A stretch of 63,951 nucleotides of DNA, counting the filler, from Guillardia theta CCMP2712 (Eukaryota > Protista > Cryptophyta), in the NCBI RefSeq assembly GCF_000315625.1. It is 8 parts of 6 records of this genome, joined end to end, with 100 filler letters (N's around TTAATTAATTAA, not from the genome) between each part and the next. Parts side by side here need not be neighbours in the genome. Positions count along the whole stretch, not along the records: positions 52,101 to 55,121 come from NW_005434529.1; positions 55,222 to 58,776 come from NW_005434515.1; positions 58,877 to 60,632 come from NW_005434651.1; positions 60,733 to 62,505 come from NW_005434662.1; positions 62,606 to 63,951 come from NW_005434034.1; 3 more parts are not named here. The stretch is one strand, 5' to 3'. The position numbers and the translations under genes were made by a program. Below are positions 52,734 through 63,951 of the stretch, one piece after another; positions within the stretch are counted from its first letter, which is position 1; every line of letters begins with the position of its first letter. The notes under the pieces are model-generated. The model was not told where the DNA came from and ran no database searches. It worked only from the letters and a program-made list of their open reading frames with translations.

Positions 52734-54717
52734 ACCTGCTCCTGCTCCTCCTCGTCTTCTCCTCGTCCGTCTCCTCCTCCTCCTTCTCACCTCGCCGTTG
52801 TCAGAGATAGATTCGAACCCAACGGCCTCCAGCATGAGAGAAAGGGAGTGAAACTTGGCGATCTTCTGGAAGGATGCGCTCTTGCAGTTGATCCTCCTGA
52901 CCTTGTCATTCCCCGGCTGCCAGCTCCCCGTCACCTATCGCGCTGCTGCTGCTGCCGCCGCCGCCGCCGCTCTCACCTGGTCAAGGATACCCGAGCATAT
53001 CTTCACCATCATCTCCAGAGCAGGAAGGAGTTCCTCCGGGTTCTGATCGCAGAGGTCAGAGGAGGGCGACGAGCAGCTGACAGCTGACAGCTCCTTGGAC
53101 GGTCAAGTAGATGCAAGTCAGCCGATCGCTCAGACTCTGGACGTCTCGCCCGGACGAGACCTCCTTGGTGTCCTCCTCCTGCAGCCTTCATAAAACCTCC
53201 ACTTGCGCGCTCTGCTGCTCTTCTTACCATCTTCGCTCCGGCGGCTTCTTGCAGAGGAACTTGAACTTCCGGGCCAGCGTCTTCGCCTGGTGTGCGTCAC
53301 TGGATGAGGAGCAACGCCGTTGCCTCACCAACAGACACTGGCAGACTGCTGGAGGAATCGCTCAAGAACTGATGAACAAGTCAGAAACACATGCAGGACA
53401 GACGGGTGCAGGCAGCAGAAGGGAAATGAGGGAGGGAGGGAGGGAGGGAGGGAGGGAGGGAGGGAGGGAGGGAGGGAGGGAGGAACAGTTGAATGTCAGG
53501 GCTCACAGACTCAGAGCCGAAGCTCTCTGAAGGGATCGGGTTCGGCATGGACATCCTCCTCTCCCGACAGGCATCGACGGCCTTCTTGAGTCTCTTCCGC
53601 ACCTCCACACGTCCTTCAACCTCCTCCTGCAGCACATGCTTGCCGCCTCCTACCTCATCCAGCAGCCTCAGGGACGCTGTCTCCTCAAACAAGATGACCT
53701 CCTCCAACTCGCTCGGAGATTTTTCCGCCTGCACCTCCTCTTCTCAGTGTTGCTCCTCCCTCCTCCCCACATGATGCACCGGCATCTTCTTGATGGAGAA
53801 ACCAGAAGCGATTAGAAAGTCCATGGCGATCGGCACCTGCCGCATTCCTCCGTCTCATCTCTCCTTCCTCCTCCTCCTCCTCCTCCTCCTCCTCCTCCTC
53901 CTCCTCCTCCTCTCACCCCCCCGAGATGTTTCTGAACTTTCTCGTTGTTCCATCGGATCTTTCGCACTTTGGCCTCGTTTGGCTTCTCAACGATGGCCGA
54001 ACAGCTGCAACGACTCTCAGCCCTCCTCACAGCATGAGTGTGTGATCTGCTTTACATCTTGTAAAGCAGATCGAGAGCGGGTTCCAGCACCTCGACTGGA
54101 GCGTCTGCGACTAAAGCAAGCAAGGCCTCCACCTCCTTGATCTGTCACTGTATGTTATACACTACAAAAGTCCCTCTCCTCTCCTCTCCTCTCCTCCCCT
54201 CTCCTCTCCTCCTCCCCTATCCTCCCCTTCCTTGCCCTCTCTCTTCACAGCGCTCTCCTTCACTCTACCTGAGCTTCCACTATCGCAGCATTGATTGCCT
54301 TCTGCTCATCGTTAGTCGCTCTGGTCCCCAGCGCGACTCCTCCTCCTGTGAATCTCGGCGGCTTCTCTACTACTCTGCTCGGCGGAACCTGTCTTATCGG
54401 AACTTGTTGGATGGGAACGTTCGGAGGAGCGGCGGGCACGTTAGCTGGCCGTTCCGTCTCCTGCACTAATGTTAGGAAGGAAGGAGGAAGGAAAAGCAGA
54501 ACGAGAGACTGGGGGGAGCTGAAAGTGGTGATGAGGAATAGAACCATTCCCTTCCTCCCTTCCTTTCCCTGTCCCTGTCCATGCCCCTATCCCTGTCCCT
54601 CTCCTCACTCATCACTTCCTCTCTCTCTCTCTCCCCTCCATGCCTCACCCTTCGGTATCCTGTCGCTTGCCCGCCGCCATGGAACCGCTGCTGCTTCGAA
54701 TTCTGTGAGTTGCCCAT
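52101..54717 (-). CDS. p97/Cdc48 cofactor with SHP boxes and a PUB domain (probable UBX domain lost at contig end)
   Basis: MGNSQNS start; RFHGGGQATG and RFTGGGVALG; PUB-like KICSGILDQ|PGNDKVRRINCKSASFQ...LEAVGF; PDSYFEMTSADVK. Confidence 0.65.
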
Positions 54718-55221
54718 GGCGACAGCTCCAGTACCAAACGATCTTCGAGCCCCCCTCACCGCAAATATAACTCAAATAAAAGGACAGTGTCGATTGATAG
54801 AATCGCTCCTTAAAAGACACCGAGGGCAGCAGGTTCAAATTGCCTTCTTTTTCAGTCAATAAAGGATAAGGAAATAGGCGGGCCGGGCATGGCGGAGCCA
54901 TTGCCAGAGGGAAGGAGAGGAAGAGGAGGAAGAGACGAGAGGAGGTAGAGAGGAAGGAGGGAGGGAGGACGAGGATGAGGTCATAGAGGAGGTAAAGAGG
55001 AGGAGGAAGGTGCTTTTATTCCTCATCACTTCTTGCAGCTCCCAGTAGTCTGTCGTGCTGCTTTTTCTTCCTCCTTCCTTCCATCATTAGTGCAGGAGAC
55101 GGGACGAGCAGCTGTCGTGGCNNNNNNNNNNNNNNNNNNNNNNNNNNNNNNNNNNNNNNNNNNNNTTAATTAATTAANNNNNNNNNNNNNNNNNNNNNNN
55201 NNNNNNNNNNNNNNNNNNNNN

Positions 55222-57175
55222 GGAACCAGCAGTGCTGATCTTTTCGACCTTGTCTCTTGTGTGTATTGTGCAGCTTCTCGCTGTGGACTGTGTGCATGCA
55301 GGTTTAGCTTGTTCCTGCTTTGTTCTGCTTGAGGCACTTTTTACCTTCTGCCAGTAAATCATATACCTTAGGCTGCTTGTCTGCGCGGCTTCGCGCTTGG
55401 GCTGGCGCTGCCGCGTTTGGGTGCCAGCAATGCTGGTTCTTTTCGGGCTTGTGTTTTGTGTGTGTGTGTGTGCCTGCCGGTTCAGCTTGTTCCTGCTTTG
55501 TTTTGCTTGAGGCACTTTTTATCTTCTGCCAGTAAATCCTATATCTTGAGGATGCGGCGTTTGGTCGGCACTTCGTGCCTGATGACGGCCCTGCTGCTGA
55601 GGTCTTGGCTCGCAAACGCGCCGCCACCTATCAGCTCCTCACCATGCAGCTGACGCTGGAAGCGCTCTTGTCTGGTGCGCGGCGCATGACGCCCTTGCGG
55701 GCGCAAGCACTTCTCGAGCCAGAGGACAGCTCCTCCTCGGACTTTGTCGAGTCGCCCGAGGAGTCTTCGCCGGAGGTCTCCGACTCATCGGCGATGGGGG
55801 ACACCCTTCGAGTGGCCCCGACGATGGGCGCGGAGCTGGCGACTCGGAGGCGTCTCCGTCCCTCACTGTGACGTCGGGTGCCTCCGGAGAGCTCGACACC
55901 ACTGGGGTGCTTGCTGCTGGTCCGAGCTCGCCTGCTTCCTCCCCGGCATCGGTCGGGTCACGCCGGTCCTTGGGCATTGCCGCGGCGTCGCCGCCGTCAC
56001 GGGCGGCTACCGCTGACTCGGACTTGGCTACCGCTGGCACTTTTTATCTTCTGCCAGTAAATCCTATATCTCTCGCTGACTCGGAGGCTAGCGAGGAGGA
56101 CTACCTCGAGCGGTACCGTGTTCATGTGTCCAGCCTCCCTCCAGGCGGACACCCGGGCAGCGCCGGCTCCTTGTCGGCGGCTGCCCTTTCTCCGTCTGCC
56201 AGTAAATCCTATACCTCCGTCCGCGGCCGCCCGCTTTGTGGCGGCAGCGGACGTCTCGACTGACAGTGGTCAGTCGGCTGCCTCCGATCCTATATCCTCC
56301 GGGTATCGCGTCTAAGGGATTTTCTTCCTCCTGCATGCTCCTGCTGCTTGTTGCTTGACATAGGATTTACTGGCAGAAGGGAAAAAGTGCCTCAAGCAAA
56401 ACAAAGCAGGAACAAGCTGAACCGGCAGGTACACAGTCCACAGCGAGAAGCTGCACAAACAAGAACCAGCACTGCTGGCACCCAGACGCGGCATCGCCAG
56501 CCCAAGCGAGAAGCCGCGCAGACAAGCAGCCTAAGGGTCAAGCAATCAAGCAACAAGCAGCAGGAGCACGCAGGAGGAATAACATCCCTTAGACGCGATA
56601 CCCGGAGGCAGCCGACTGACCACTGTCAGTCGAGACGTCCGCTGCCGCCACAAAGCGGGCGGCCGCGGACGGAGAAAGGGCAGCCGCCGACAAGGAGCCG
56701 GCGTTGCCCGGGGGTCCGCCTGGGGCAGCGGACGGAGGGAGGCTGGACACAGAACACGGTACCGCTCGAGGTAGTCCTCCTCGCTAGCCTCCGAGTCAGC
56801 GGTAGCCAAGTCAGCGGTAGCCGCCCGTGACGGCGGCGACGCCGCGGCAATGCCCAAGGACCGGCGTGACCCGACCGATGCCGGGGAGGAAGCAGGCGAG
56901 CTCGGACCAGCAGCAAGCACCCCAGTGGTGTCGAGCTCTCCGGAGGCACCCGACGTCACAGTGAGGGACGGATCCTATAACCGGAGACGCCTCGCCAGCT
57001 CCGCGCCGATCGTCGGCGCCACTCGAAGGGTGTCCCCCATCGGAGTCGGAGACCTCCGGCGAAGACTCCCCCTCGGGCGACTCGACATAGTTCCGAGGAG
57101 GAGCTGTCGTCTGCTCGAGAAGTGCTTGCGCCCGCAAGGGCGTCATGCGCCTTCGCACCAGACAAGAGCGCTTCC
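55222..57175. mobile_element. Cluster of truncated copies of the same retroelement: + strand 55222-55365, 55366-55544, 55545-56359; - strand 56360-57175
   Basis: Direct and inverted matches to 57431-58370. Confidence 0.85.
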
Positions 57176-57430
57176 NNNNNNNNNNNNNNNNNNNNNNNNN
57201 NNNNNNNNNNNNNNNNNNNNNNNNNNNNNNNNNNNNNNNNNNNNNNNNNNNNNNNNNNNNNNNNNNNNNNNNNNNNNNNNNNNNNNNNNNNNNNNNNNNN
57301 NNNNNNNNNNNNNNNNNNNNNNNACCAGATGTCGCGGCCTGAAGATAGCACAAGAGGAGTCACATTTCGCTGCGCAGTGGGAGGAATGAAGTTCTCATGA
57401 GACGAGTCGACGAGAGCGCGCAAACCAGGG

Positions 57431-58776
57431 ATATAGGATTTACTGGCAGAAGATAAAAAGTGCCTCAAGCAAAACAAAGCAGGAACAAGCTGAACCGGCA
57501 GGTACACAGTCCACAGCGAGAAGCTGCACAAACACACACAAAACACAAGCCCGAAAAGAACCAGCACTGCTGGCACCCAGACGCGGCATCGCCAGCCCAA
57601 GCGAGAAGCCGCGCAGACAAGCAGCCTAAGGGTCAAGCAATCAAGCAACAAGCAGCAGGAGCATGCAGGAGGAATAACATCCCTTAGACGCGATACCCGG
57701 AGGCAGCCGACTGACCACTGTCAGTCGAGACGTCCGCTGCCGCCACAAAGCGGGCGGCCGCGGACGGAGAAAGGGCAGCCGCCGACAAGGAGCCGGCGCT
57801 GCCCGGGTGTCCGCCTGGGGCAGCGGACGGAGGGAGGCTGGACACATGAACACGGTACCGCTCGAGGTAGTCCTCCTCGCTAGCCTCCGAGTCAGCGGTA
57901 GCCAAGTCAGTGGTAGCCGCCCGTGACGGCGGCGACGCCGCGGCAATGCCCAAGGACCGGCGTGACCCGACCGATGCCGGGGAGGAAGCAGGCGAGCTCG
58001 GACCAGCAGCAAGCACCCCAGGGGTGTCGAGCTCTCCGGAGGCACCCGACGTCACAGTGAGGGACGGAGACGCCTCGCCAGCTCCGCGCCGATCGTCGGC
58101 GCCACTCGAAGGGTGTCCCCCATCGGAGTCGGAGACCTCCGGCGAAGACTCCCCCTCGGGCGACTCGACAAAGTCCGAGGAGGAGCTGTCCTCTGGCTCG
58201 AGAAGTGCTTGCGCCCGCAAGGGCGTCATGCGCCGCGCACCAGACAAGAGCGCCTCCAGCGTCAGCTGCATGGTGAGGCGCTGATAGGTGGCGGCGCGTT
58301 TGCGAGCCAAGACCTCAGCAGCAGGGCCGTCATCAGGCACGAAGTGCCGACCAAACGCCGCATCCTCAAGAGGCATCGAGCGCTGAGCAATGATGTCCGC
58401 GAGATACCAGATGAAGCGGAGGGTGTCAGGATGCAGGGTACCGTCCGTCGAGATGGCAAGAGGGATGAACGCTCGAGGAGGAGTAGTCATGGCATATGCT
58501 GCGCGATGTTTGCGAATCTTCTCAGACGCTGCAACATGGAGGGCGTCGAGGTTGACCTCCCCCCACTTGGTCAGGTCGGCAGAGCTACCAATGTAAGGGT
58601 GGACCAACGTCACGTCCGCCATCAAGCCCTCGTACTGCTCGGACCCTCGATCGCGGATTCCAGGGATGTGGATATCGCCCTTCATCTTGCGGCCATGAGG
58701 ATGGGAGGGTACCTGCCGTCGAGAACGAGATCCCCCACTGTATCGATGACGCTCTGAAGACACTTCGTTCAGCATC
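57431..58776 (-). mobile_element. 3' portion of an RLE-type (CRE-like) non-LTR retrotransposon: open ORF to 57684 plus ~250-nt 3' UTR
   Basis: KGDI...LMADVTLVHP...AASEKIRKH...AFIPLAISTDG is a PD-(D/E)xK RLE pattern, homologous to 4645-5395. The element ends ...CTGCCAGTAAATCCTATAT. Confidence 0.8.
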
Positions 58777-59110
58777 NNNNNNNNNNNNNNNNNNNNNNNN
58801 NNNNNNNNNNNNNNNNNNNNTTAATTAATTAANNNNNNNNNNNNNNNNNNNNNNNNNNNNNNNNNNNNNNNNNNNNCCACCCCCCCCCATCCCAGTCCCC
58901 ACCCTCCCCTCCTGTCTCCCCTCCACCCACCCACCTATCCCCTCCATCCTCTCCTCCCCTCCCCTCCTCCCCATCACCATCACCACCACCTGTCCCCAAG
59001 CTCCCCTCCCGTCTTTCCCTCCCTTCCCGTTCCCCCTCCACCCACCCACATGTCCACCACTCCCCTCCTGCCTGTCCCCTCTCCATCCAAATCGTCTCTC
59101 CCTCTCCTAA

Positions 59111-59846
59111 CCTGTCTCCAGTAGTTCGGATTCTTTTCAAACGGCGTCAATATCACGTCATACACATCCTCCAGGGCCGCCAGGTGTTTGCGCCATTTCA
59201 TGAACTCCTAAAGCAAGCAAGCAGTGACGGTGGGCGGGTGGCAGGATTCTTACATCATGCTCGGCTCTGTCCAGCATGGCCTTGCTCGTGATTGCTCTCT
59301 GCGATCTCCCCATGAGCTCTGATAGCAGATAGACAGCAGGAACGCACCCAGTCGGGCCTCGTCGGGATCGGCAACTCAGTCAACTCGGGAGGCAGTGGCG
59401 GTTTCCTGTTCCCGTCGATGACCTGCGAGTCGTCGTCAGCAGATGCCTCGGGGAAGGGAGTATCATTTCCTTCCCGTTCATGATCAGTTTCGTCTGCCCG
59501 CTCGCTGTCAAAGAGTCGGACATCGAGAGGATCCTAGCCACATCGTCCTGCGATGAGAGTCAGAGGAGTCAAACTCCGCAGCACGTCGCTGCAGGGAGGG
59601 CCTCACCTCGTCGTCAACGACAGACTTCCTTTCGTTGTATATGCCGTCATCCCATCCCTTGTCCTCCTGGGCCTGACGCGCCGCCCTGATCTTGCTCCTG
59701 GTCAAGCTGCTCACGATCGACGAGTGCGCGAAAGATTTCCGGGGAACTTGACCGTTTCTACGGAAATGGTTCAACCCTCCACTTCGAACATCGCTCAAGG
59801 ACGAGAAGAAGATCAGGAGCAAGAACAAGGAGCTCCGCGCAGGCAT
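59111..59846 (-). CDS. Hypothetical signal-peptide protein, multi-exon, 3'-truncated
   Basis: MPARSSLFLLLIFFSSLSDV start; downstream exon KWRKHLAALEDVYDVILTPFEKNPNYWRQ followed by GT. Confidence 0.35.
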
Positions 59847-61230
59847 CTCAAGCTGCACACAGCTTCACAGCATTCGCTCAGTTTAGTAAATTGCAACTTG
59901 AATTATCGACATCTTGGGTAACTGCCGTTAACGGACCCCCCCGCGTCAAACGAACATGGTCTGGCTGATATCGCTCTGCACGTGACCACGATTGGGAGGA
60001 TTGTCATCCCGGAAGGAGGGAGGGTTTCGCTCAAAGTTCTTCTCAAGCACCTGCTACAGCATGAATCCCACTCCTCCTCCTCCTCCTCCTCCTCCTCCTC
60101 CTCCTCCTCCTCCTCCTCCTCCTCCTCCTCCTCCTCCTCCTCCTCCTCCTCCCTGCTTCTCCTTCTTCTGCTCCTCCCTTCCTATCACCTTGCCAACTTT
60201 GTCCTCCCTCGATTCGTCCCCCTCCTCAACCGCCACCATCTCCTTCTTTCCTCCCCCTCCATCCTCCGTCCTCCTGCTCCGATCTTGCTGCAGTTTCCTC
60301 CCTGACTCCGCCTCCTCACCAGGCGTCCAGGAGGCTCAGTGGCCTGATCCGCCGCCTCGTCGACGCCTCTATCGCCTACAGGGAGTGGCGATTCCAGCAA
60401 CCCCAGCAGGAGGAGGACGTCCTTCCTGTTCGTGCCCAGCTACCTTCCCAGCTGAGAGCTGACCTGGTGGCGGGCAGGAGGCCTCTAGAGCATCGCCGCG
60501 CGCCTGGGTCCAGGCGTTGTACCCCCAGGGGTCTACCCAGCAGTTCTCCAGCTTGCTGGAGGGAAGACGGGGGTGGTGGTGGGGAGGCTGCCGCTGCTGA
60601 ACCAGCTGAAGTCCAGCAGGGGCACTCGTTCGNNNNNNNNNNNNNNNNNNNNNNNNNNNNNNNNNNNNNNNNNNNNTTAATTAATTAANNNNNNNNNNNN
60701 NNNNNNNNNNNNNNNNNNNNNNNNNNNNNNNNGGGAGGGAGGGAGGGAGGGAGGGAGGGAGGGAGGGAGGGAGGGAGGGGAGGAGGAGGAGGAGGATTTC
60801 ATTCGCTTACACAAGAGGCAGATGGAGGACAGAAGTGACAGTCAAGATGCTGGATGTAAGTTGGGGAGGGAGAAGAGAGGGGACAGAGAAGGGAGAGAGA
60901 GGGGAGGGAGAGAGAGGGGAGGGGAGGGGAGGACGGGGGGAAAGGATCATGTAGGAATGGAGATGGGGAGAAGTTAAAAGAGGAAGAGGAAGAGGAAGAG
61001 ACGATTTTGACAACATCTCAATCTCGTGATTTCAGCTGAAGGAGAAGCAAAGCCTTTGGCTGTTCACCCTTGATCCATCACTTGAAGCGAAGATGGTTGA
61101 AGTCACGCTCAACTTCTTTCCTTTCTTCCCACTCTTATGTTCTCTTGCTGTCTTGCTGTCTTGCTGTCTTGCAGTCTTGCAGTCTTGCTGTCTTGCTGTC
61201 TTCTCAACTTCTTCTCATTCTTCTCTTTAG

Positions 61231-61381
61231 CTGTCCAGCTCGCACCTGGAGCAGGACGTCAAGGCGTCGACGCTGGAGGGTCTGGTGAAGAAAATCGCGG
61301 AAGCTCTGGAGAACGATGAGGCGAGTTGCGAGAGCGAAGATGATGAGGGAGAAAGGAGGGAGATGGTGGTGGTGGTGGTGG

Positions 61382-61413
<32 letters not shown>

Positions 61414-62505
61414 ATGATGATGACTGCAAACACAGGTGCAGGCACATGACATCCTTCAAGTGATGGACATGATGACAAGACTGGCGGACAAAGCGAAAGA
61501 GACGCAGGAGAAGAGAAATGAAGAGGCAGAAAATTGAATGACGAGGTAGCCCTGCTGCTCCTCCTGCTCCTCCTGCTCCTGCTCCTGCTCCTGCTCTTCC
61601 TCTTCCTCTTCCTCCTCCTCCTCCTCCTCCTCCTCCTCCTCTTGCTACTCCGCCATCAACAAGACCACCACCTTCCATCCTTGGTACCTCCCCCCCTGCC
61701 GGCTCTCCCTGTCTCTCTGTCTGTGTCTCTCTCCTGACGAAGTCTGCTAGCTGGGTCAACTGCAGCAAAAGTTTGATGAGAAGGCAGCGGATGGCGAGCA
61801 GCAGCGGACGAGGCTGCGTGAGGAGGAGGCAGAGCGAGCGGCGCTGGAGGAGGCGAAGCGAGCGAGGGAGGAGGAGTTGAAGGAGCTGAAGATGCAGCTG
61901 CAAGAGCTGCAGGTGAGAGCGACAGAGCTGGAGAGGGAGGGGAAGAGAACGGAGGAGGCGCTGGAGAAGGCGAAGGAGGAAGGAAAGAGGGCGAGGGAGG
62001 CGCTGGAGAAGGAAGCGGAGAAGGTCAGGGAGCTTGCGAAGCTGCAGGAGGAGAACGAGGAGGAGGTGAAGACCTTGACCAAAAGATGCAAGAGTCGAGC
62101 GAGGCTCTGCACAAGAAGTTGGAGGACTGGCGGAACGACTTGCAGAGCAACTTGGCGTCGAAGGAAGAGGAGCAGACGACGCTGACGAAGCAACACAACG
62201 AGCTGCTGGCGCAGAAGCGAAACTTGGAGGCAGAGCTGAAAAGAGCGAAGCAGGAGGCGGAGGAGACAAGAGCAAAGCTGCAGGCTGAGAAAGAGACGGA
62301 GGAGGAGGAGACGCAGAGGCTGCGAGCAGAAGAAGAAAACTCAAGACGGCTTTGCGAGACTTTGAGGAGAAGCTGAAGCGAGCGGAGGAGGAGGGGGCAG
62401 GGCTGAAGGAGAAGCTGAAGCGAGCGGAGGAGGAGGGGCGAAGGGCTGAAGGAGAAGCTGAAGCGAGCGGAGGAGGAGGGGCAGGGCTGAAGGAGAAGCT
62501 GAAGC
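61231..62505 (+). CDS. Long coiled-coil protein fragment with apparent frameshifts, ending in 42-bp coding repeats (EKLKRAEEEGAGLK)
   Basis: E/K/R-rich heptad sequence continues across frames (61877-62185, 62086-62376, 62352-). Confidence 0.6.
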
Positions 62506-63566
62506 NNNNNNNNNNNNNNNNNNNNNNNNNNNNNNNNNNNNNNNNNNNNTTAATTAATTAANNNNNNNNNNNNNNNNNNNNNNNNNNNNNNNNNNNNNNN
62601 NNNNNCATCTCCTCTTGCAACAACCATGAGCGCAGTCGGAGGAGGAGGAGGAGGAGGAGGAGGAGGAGGAGGACCAGGGGAGGAAAAGAATTGGTATTTT
62701 ACAGGTATGTACAAAGTCTCCTCGTCCTTGCTCGCTTCTCTTCAGCCCAGACCGCCGCCAATGAGAGGAAGCAGCCGCTGCGGGCCGTCGCGGGAGACTG
62801 GAGGCACAGAGACAGCCCGGACCTCTGCTTCCTCCTCCTCCTCCTGCTCCCGTCGATCCACCTTGGGAGAAAGAAACTTGGCCTTGGAAGTCGGTCCCCA
62901 AAACCTGCGCAGAGTCAGAGGAGCAGGAAAAGAGGACAAAGGGATGCGGTGGGAGAGGAGGAGGAAGAAGGAGGAGCAAGGGAGGAGGGAGGAGGGAGGA
63001 GGGAGGAGGGAGGGAGGAGGAGCATTCTGACCTATCTCGTCTGTATGCCCGAGCTCGCAGTTTCCGTTCATCCACATGCCGATGAAGAACATCAGACAGA
63101 GGAGAAGCGACGAACTGAAACCAACCAACTCAGATCCTCCTCCCCCTCCTCTCCTCTCCTGCCCCTCCTCTCCTCTCCTGCCCCTCCCCTGCTCTGCTCT
63201 GCTCTGCTCTGCTCTGCTCTGCTCTGCTCTGCTCTGCTCCTTTTCCCTTCACCTCCTCTGCTCTTCCCTCTTGCCCTCACTACTTCACTCCTACCTTGCT
63301 GTCGCTGGGGAGATCCGATCCTTCCTTCATCCTCTTAGTCGCTCTCTCCCCCCCTCGCTCGAAGGAGTCGTGCTCTAGTCGAGACTGCCAGAAGAATCAG
63401 AAGGAGACAGAGGGGAAGGGAGGGAAAGGGAGACAGGGCAAGGGAGGGAAAGGGGGCGGGGAGGAGCGATGGAAACAAGGCAGATTGCTATAGTATAAGG
63501 ATGAGGGAGAACATAGCAACGAGAGAGGGGGAGAAGGAGGGCGAGGGCGAGGGTGAGGGCAAAGGG

Positions 63567-63613
<47 letters not shown>

Positions 63614-63951
63614 AGGAGGAGGAGGAGGAGGAGGAGGAGGAGGAGGAGGAGGAGGAGGAGGAGGAGGAGGGAGGAGGAGGAGGAGGAGGAGGAGGAGGAG
63701 GAGGAGACGCTACGTTACGAAGGAGATCTCCTCCTCCACCCATGGATGGCGGTATCTTGTCCTCGTATCACGTCACTGATCACCTGCACTCCTCGCTCTC
63801 TGTCTCCTCAGCAGCTCGTCGTGAATCTGCTGCTTGCCTTTATTACTCTCCCCTCCCTCTCGTTCTTCCTCCTGCCACCTCCCCACCACCACCACCGCCT
63901 TACCTTCTCGTCCTTCTCTTTCCCACCATCGTCCTCCTTGTTGTTCCTCCT

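Noticed and set aside
62606-63951. Possible minus-strand exons, including a hydrophobic segment at 63040-63128
   Set aside because: I could not build a consistent gene model or assign a family.

Overview
This is eukaryotic, intron-rich draft-assembly DNA. Short GT-AG introns, a bipartite signal peptide + A|F targeting sequence and a dynein fragment point to a flagellated alga with a secondary plastid, possibly a cryptophyte (inference). The window consists of several contigs joined by artificial N-TTAATTAATTAA-N linkers, and most long ORFs in the supplied track are microsatellite artefacts. I spliced the genes by eye. They include an SRPBCC protein, a class-3 lipase, a MORN+PA protein, CDC20/Fizzy, an EAPP_C protein, a thioredoxin-like/coiled-coil protein, YggS/PLPBP, a SPRING1-like protein, a UVR+DEAD-box helicase and an SHP/PUB p97 cofactor. 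Mobile and repeat DNA includes a PIF/Harbinger-like TIR element, a ~3.47-kb tandem array (small gene plus decayed RLE retrotransposon), a 13-bp telomere-like satellite and a cluster of RLE non-LTR 3' ends. The strongest candidate for novelty is a ~10-kb minus-strand gene encoding a voltage-sensing-phosphatase-like protein (charge-altered S1-S4, PTEN phosphatase, C2) fused to a CNBD-GRAM-CNBD module. The second is the retrotransposon cluster, in which the element's own 3'-terminal 9-35 nt appear re-inserted into its body. Exon boundaries and family calls come from manual reading and motif recall; no searches were run.
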